Assembly (NCBI GenBank): GCA_037143635.1 | Contig: JBAWYI010000001.1 | Location: 497 to 64,496 of the forward strand | Source: Actinomycetes bacterium | Lineage (GTDB): Bacteria; Actinomycetota; Actinomycetes; Nanopelagicales; Nanopelagicaceae | DNA: 64,000 bases | Direction of reading: 5' to 3' | Shown here: positions 59,741 to 64,000 of the stretch, one piece after another | Layout of the letters: each line of letters starts with the position of its first letter | Position numbering within the stretch: the stretch's first letter is position 1 | Notes under the pieces: model-generated | The model's database searches: none | Seen by the model: only the letters and a program-made list of their open reading frames with translations | What the model was told of the DNA's origin: nothing | Position numbers and translations under genes: made by a program

Positions 59741-60552
59741 TAAGAGTTAGCAGGTGGGCCAAAGCGTAATAAGAAGACGTAAGGAATTAGAAATACTCCA
59801 AATACAACTCCACCAATTACTGCAACACCGGTGCGATCAAAGAAGAATAAATTTCCTACTACGCCAGAAAACCAAGTCCAAATTAAGAAGAAATCCGGAA
59901 TCGAGGTTGATGCAGTTGCTTTCCTACGATCCCTGCGGAGAACTTTATGCAAGATTGCCATTAAGCCAATACCAGTTAATAGCCAGCCAAAAGCATTTGA
60001 TAGTGGTATTTCAGGTTGTAGCGGTACGTGTGAGCCAGTAAATTGCCATTTCCATCTTTCAGCCGCAACCATCTGGGGATCTAAAAATAAGTCCCAGGCC
60101 ATCAATCCAAATCCACCATATAGAAAAACCCAATTCTTAGTAACTTTTCTAGCAGCAATTAAAATTGGGTGAGCAATCATGATCCATGCAAATGGGACTA
60201 CTAAGGGAACACCATAAATTTGGTAGCCCAGTGATCCAGAATATTGGTAATCACCAAATGGCCAACCAGTTCTACTTCCAATTTGTTCTATAACCAACGC
60301 ATAAGTAAAAGTAATTGACACAAATATAGATGTATAGGAAATTCCATACGCTAATAAAGCATGAATTATCATTGCGGCTGCAGCCCAGTAAACCGTAGCA
60401 ATTGTTACGAGTCTTAAAGATTCTCCAGTAATCAAGGGATAAGAAATTTGAAGGCCAATTGCAATAATAAGAGTGGCATAAAGAACTAGTAGTTTTCTAG
60501 CTGAAACCTGACGACGGTTATTTCGCCTTGGGTAAAACTGGCGTAGCGACAT
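59740..60552 (-). CDS. cruF: Carotenoid 1,2-hydratase CruF-like membrane protein
   Basis: E.IG..TGWPFG.Y.Y, VPLVVPFAW, WDLFLDP, IPLSNAFGW. Confidence 0.82.
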   Translation of the reverse strand: MSLRQFYPRRNNRRQVSARKLLVLYATLIIAIGLQISYPLITGESLRLVTIATVYWAAAAMIIHALLAYGISYTSIFVSITFTYALVIEQIGSRTGWPFGDYQYSGSLGYQIYGVPLVVPFAWIMIAHPILIAARKVTKNWVFLYGGFGLMAWDLFLDPQMVAAERWKWQFTGSHVPLQPEIPLSNAFGWLLTGIGLMAILHKVLRRDRRKATASTSIPDFFLIWTWFSGVVGNLFFFDRTGVAVIGGVVFGVFLIPYVFLLRFGPPANS

Positions 60553-60569
60553 GGGTTAATTGTGCCGTA

Positions 60570-61232
60570 TTAGATGAGCAACCCTCGCTCATCTATAACC
60601 GCAAACCGAGCGAATAACTCCTCTGAATACCACTGCTGAGCCGAGGTAGCTTTAATTGCCTCGGAATGGGCCTCACCTTTATAGGCGAAATTGCGAAGTG
60701 ATGCTGCATCTTCCCAGACTGAGAATGTTCCTTGTAATCCAATCGGCGCCTCACCAATTCCAATTGCGTTCAATAGACCAGGAGATTGGTGCAAACTTTC
60801 TGTTACTGGTGGGACTGCGCGCCAGAAAATTAAATTTTTTCGCCAAACTATTCGAGCTCTGGTCACCGCGGCTATTTTCCCATTCCAATCAATTTTATCT
60901 ACTAAAAAAGGTTGCTTGCGTGACCAGAATCCATGCGATGAAATTGGTTTCAAAAGTACCCGATACTCTTTTTTACAGATTTTTTGCCAACACTTAATAA
61001 CAAAAGTTTTATCAAGATTACTAATTTGATTTTCATCTATTGTGACCAATATTCCCCAGCGAGTCGGGTCAGCATCTCTAGGAGTAAAGCTCTCGCCCTT
61101 GCCAGTTCCGAGCATCTTAATAAAAGAGATACCAGGAAATCTTTTTAATTGCATTTTGTTTATCGCCATATAAATTATTGCAAGTGGAAGGAATATCGTT
61201 TTTATACGCCAAAAGTAAACCGCGGTAATCAT
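60570..61232 (-). CDS. crtA: Spheroidene monooxygenase CrtA-like protein
   Basis: KMLGTGKG..F, GIGEAP..LQGTFSVW, FAY...H, WYSEELFARF. Confidence 0.82.
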   Translation of the reverse strand: MITAVYFWRIKTIFLPLAIIYMAINKMQLKRFPGISFIKMLGTGKGESFTPRDADPTRWGILVTIDENQISNLDKTFVIKCWQKICKKEYRVLLKPISSHGFWSRKQPFLVDKIDWNGKIAAVTRARIVWRKNLIFWRAVPPVTESLHQSPGLLNAIGIGEAPIGLQGTFSVWEDAASLRNFAYKGEAHSEAIKATSAQQWYSEELFARFAVIDERGLLI

Positions 61233-62017
61233 AGTTTTACTTTCGTAGTATCGAAGATTTCAGATATTACTTCACCTGGGCTATCCCACATTGGTGCATG
61301 CCCGGTTTGTGGCAAGACCACCCATTTGGCATGAGCGGGTGCAAGTGACCGTTCTTGGCAGGTCTTCTCCGGCAAAGTGTGGTCACTATCGCCAAAAACT
61401 ATTGTTATTGGGATCTCATTACTTATCTGCTTATCAAATCTTTTCCCTAGTAATGCATCCCATGCCGGGAAGTATCCAGTTGAAGTTGCCATTGCATTAG
61501 TAGCATCTAGGCAAACTTCATAACTTAAATCTTTCCAGCGCGGTGAAACAGTTTCAAACCCTATTTTTTTTGCCCAGGTATAGTTCAAAACTGAAGGTGC
61601 TATTTTCCCCACTCCACCCGCCATAATCCTTAGTGCAATTTCACCGGGATAACGTGAAGTAAAGGGAGTAAGCCATAAGCCGGCGGGGGCAAGTGCAGTA
61701 ATTGTTTTTACTTGAGATGGGTTCAAAACTGCTATTTCAAGTGCAATCCAACCACCAAGAGAGTTTCCTACTAAATGAAAATCACTAATACCGATATCAC
61801 TTAAATTTTTCATTACCAATTTTGCCAGGGATGTGGGATCCATAGACTGCATTGGAGAGTATGCAGACCGGCCATGGCCAGGCAAATCCAACGTAATAAC
61901 TTTGAAGTGTTTTGCAAGAGATGGAATTATTGGTTTCCACGCGGTAGCGGCTGAGCCCATGCCGTGTAGAAGCAAAACTGCCGGCCCTTGGCCATAAGTT
62001 TCAATGGATAGCTTCAC
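61229..62017 (-). CDS. Alpha/beta hydrolase
   Basis: LLHG, DLPGHG.S, GNSLGG, GHAP; 4-bp overlap with crtA. Confidence 0.88.
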   Translation of the reverse strand: MKLSIETYGQGPAVLLLHGMGSAATAWKPIIPSLAKHFKVITLDLPGHGRSAYSPMQSMDPTSLAKLVMKNLSDIGISDFHLVGNSLGGWIALEIAVLNPSQVKTITALAPAGLWLTPFTSRYPGEIALRIMAGGVGKIAPSVLNYTWAKKIGFETVSPRWKDLSYEVCLDATNAMATSTGYFPAWDALLGKRFDKQISNEIPITIVFGDSDHTLPEKTCQERSLAPAHAKWVVLPQTGHAPMWDSPGEVISEIFDTTKVKL

Positions 62018-62037
62018 GTAGGTAAGATTACCTTCAA

Positions 62038-62352
62038 ATGATAAATCTTGATGCGCCTAAGTTTGCAGAAAAAATAGCCGAACTAGATGTTGTGGTGCTT
62101 GATGTTCGTACTCCAGAGGAATTTAACAGTGGTCATATTCCAAATGCAATAAATATTGATATCTATAGTGATTACTTTAGGGCTGATATTTCAGCTTTGG
62201 ATAAATCAAAAAGTTATGCAGTTTATTGTCGATCCGGTAAACGCTCCGTAGATGCTTCTAGTGAAATGGATCTAACCGGATTTAAAAATACCTTTAACTT
62301 AACTGGTGGAATTATTGAATGGGTTGATTCTGGGAGAACAACCGTTAATTAA
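62038..62352 (+). CDS. Single-domain rhodanese
   Basis: LDVRTPEEF..GHIPNA, YCRSGKRS, L.GGI..W. Confidence 0.9.
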   Translation: MINLDAPKFAEKIAELDVVVLDVRTPEEFNSGHIPNAINIDIYSDYFRADISALDKSKSYAVYCRSGKRSVDASSEMDLTGFKNTFNLTGGIIEWVDSGRTTVN

Positions 62353-62743
62353 ATAAAGTAGGGATTAAATCTTCAACTAGTTTTCGGATTTGTTCTCGAA
62401 TTGGTCTGACATCTACAACACCTTGACCTGCTGGATCCGGTAATACCCAATCAAGATAACGCTTACCAGGAAAAAATGGGCATGCATCCCCACAACCCAT
62501 TGTTATTACTACATCAGATTGTTCAACAGCTGAGGTAGTTAAAACCTTGGGTTGTTCATTTGAAATATCGATGCCAACCTCTTTTAGTGCTTCAACAACT
62601 GCCGGATTAATTGAATCAGCCGGAGCAGAACCTGCTGATCTAACCTCTACCTTGTCGCCAGCAAGGTGCGTTAAAAATGCAGCTGCCATTTGAGATCTGC
62701 CAGCATTGTGGACGCAAACGAAAAGTACGGAGGGTTTATTCAT
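62345..62743 (-). CDS. arsC: Arsenate reductase (LMW-PTP fold, thioredoxin-type)
   Basis: FVCVHNAGRSQMA, TMGCGDACP, W.LPDP; ATG at 62743. Confidence 0.92.
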   Translation of the reverse strand: MNKPSVLFVCVHNAGRSQMAAAFLTHLAGDKVEVRSAGSAPADSINPAVVEALKEVGIDISNEQPKVLTTSAVEQSDVVITMGCGDACPFFPGKRYLDWVLPDPAGQGVVDVRPIREQIRKLVEDLIPTLFN

Positions 62744-63404
62744 TATTGAGTGCTTCCTTAGGATTTGTAATATTTCGGGCAACCAAAAGTCCAAGTGCAG
62801 CCCCAATTAGTTGCGCAACGATAAATGCAAAAATTGATTCAGGTGCGATTCCGGTTATCGAAGTGGTGAAGACTCGGCCAATTGTTATTGCTGGGTTTGC
62901 AAATGAAGTACTTGAGGTAAGTAAAATTCCGCCAAATATCCAAAGAGGTGCGTAAATGGCAACTAAATCATCACGTTTTGGAAACCGCAGAATAATCCAC
63001 AGCAATACTGCAGTAGCAATTATCTCGGATACAAATAAATTAGATCCGCTACGGACGATCATTGAGCGATAAAGGACCTTTTGGTCAAAAATAAAGTTAG
63101 CAGTTGCAACTCCTGCAATAGCGCCCAAGATTTGCGAGCTAATATAAAAAAGAGATGATCGAGCATCAATCTTCTTTATGAAAAGCATTACAAGTGTGAC
63201 TGCTGGATTAAAGTGAGATCCACTAACTTTAATTCCAATTCTAATTACTACTGCCAACCCAACTGCGGTAGAAATTGCATTAATTAACAACCGAAGTGAT
63301 GATTCTGAAGTTAAATTTGCTGCCATTATTCCAGAACCAACGATGGCAAATGCCAAAATTGCTGTTCCCAAAAATTCCATTGCAATTGCCCGCTTTAGTT
63401 TCAT
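62736..63404 (-). CDS. Aquaporin/MIP channel, probable arsenite channel
   Basis: EFLGT, SGSHFNPAVT and SFANPAIT NPA boxes; overlaps arsC start. Confidence 0.88.
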   Translation of the reverse strand: MKLKRAIAMEFLGTAILAFAIVGSGIMAANLTSESSLRLLINAISTAVGLAVVIRIGIKVSGSHFNPAVTLVMLFIKKIDARSSLFYISSQILGAIAGVATANFIFDQKVLYRSMIVRSGSNLFVSEIIATAVLLWIILRFPKRDDLVAIYAPLWIFGGILLTSSTSFANPAITIGRVFTTSITGIAPESIFAFIVAQLIGAALGLLVARNITNPKEALNNE

Positions 63405-63417
63405 TTTTCTCCTTATT

Positions 63418-64000
63418 CTAAAAAACCCGCGTCAAAATGGTAAAGGCTGCGAGAGTAAATAGCAGTACCGCAAACCCACGTTTTAAGTGAACTGTTGGAA
63501 CTTTAGGGGCAAGATTTGAAGAAACTCTTGAAATTAAAACTGCTGATAGTGCAATAACGGCTGGGTAGCGCCAGTTTATCTCTGTCCAAATAGAGTTTTT
63601 TGCAAAGAAAGCGGTAACGCAATTTAGCGCGATAATTAGCAACGATGTTCCTGCAGCCTTATTTTGTGGAGTATTGAAGAATAAAACCAATACTGGAATT
63701 GCTAGAAATCCCCCTCCGATTCCAAATAATCCAGTTAAGGTGCCGATCAATAACGACAACAGAACCAATGCTGGCAGCGACATCGAACGTTCCGGTTGAT
63801 TCTTTATTGGTGCTCTTAACATCGAATAGCCAGCTGCAATTAAAACCATTGAGAACCCAATCAATATGACCTGATCGGCAATCTTGGTGATAATCAAGCC
63901 AAATCCGATATTTGTTACTAGTCCGAGCGCCCAAATTATTGAGGCCTCTCTGATCAAAACATCTTTGCTTTTAAATTTTGGTCCAAGCCCGGCGACTGCT
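63418..64000 (-). CDS. TauE/SafE-family (sulfite exporter-like) permease, 5' end outside window
   Basis: GTLTGLFGIGGGFLAIPVL, AAGTSL; frame stays open to the window edge. Confidence 0.85.
   Translation of the reverse strand, partial: AVAGLGPKFKSKDVLIREASIIWALGLVTNIGFGLIITKIADQVILIGFSMVLIAAGYSMLRAPIKNQPERSMSLPALVLLSLLIGTLTGLFGIGGGFLAIPVLVLFFNTPQNKAAGTSLLIIALNCVTAFFAKNSIWTEINWRYPAVIALSAVLISRVSSNLAPKVPTVHLKRGFAVLLFTLAAFTILTRVF

Noticed and set aside
62744-62806. N-terminal extension of arsC or an aquaporin-ArsC fusion
   Set aside because: The genes are in different frames with an ordinary 8-bp overlap and an SD-like AAGGA before ATG 62743; no slippery site seen

Overview
AT-rich, very densely packed core-genome segment of an actinobacterium. 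Gene order, protein sequences and the crtYc/Yd-crtB-crtI-crtE plus crtA-cruF-GT2-crtD carotenoid genes point to a streamlined freshwater acI lineage (Ca. Nanopelagicales); this is inference, not a database result. It holds about 65 CDSs (comEC-holA-rpsT-lepA-hemW-hrcA-dnaJ..., gltX, ndgR/leuCD, hup, gpsA, ddl, thiL, recG, coaD, rpmF, rnc, mutM, smc, ftsY, amtB-glnK, ffh, rpsP, lepB, rnhB, dprA, era, pfk, DAHP synthase, nfo, pknL, carotenoid cluster, arsC-aquaporin), tRNA-Gln(CTG), tRNA-Glu(CTC) and a TPP riboswitch. I saw no mobile element, prophage or CRISPR array. Best leads: (1) the SMC at the canonical mutM-smc-ftsY locus has intact ATPase heads and coiled coils but appears to lack the whole hinge dimerisation domain; (2) a TPP riboswitch controls a PnuC-family transporter and a P-loop kinase, a candidate non-canonical thiamine salvage module feeding ThiL; (3) a stand-alone 3-helix half-PnuC protein sits beside a STAS-less SulP; (4) likely non-canonical CTG/ATT start codons, pervasive leaderless promoters and overlapping bidirectional -10 elements; (5) rimM-trmD-rplS and glnD are missing from their usual positions.
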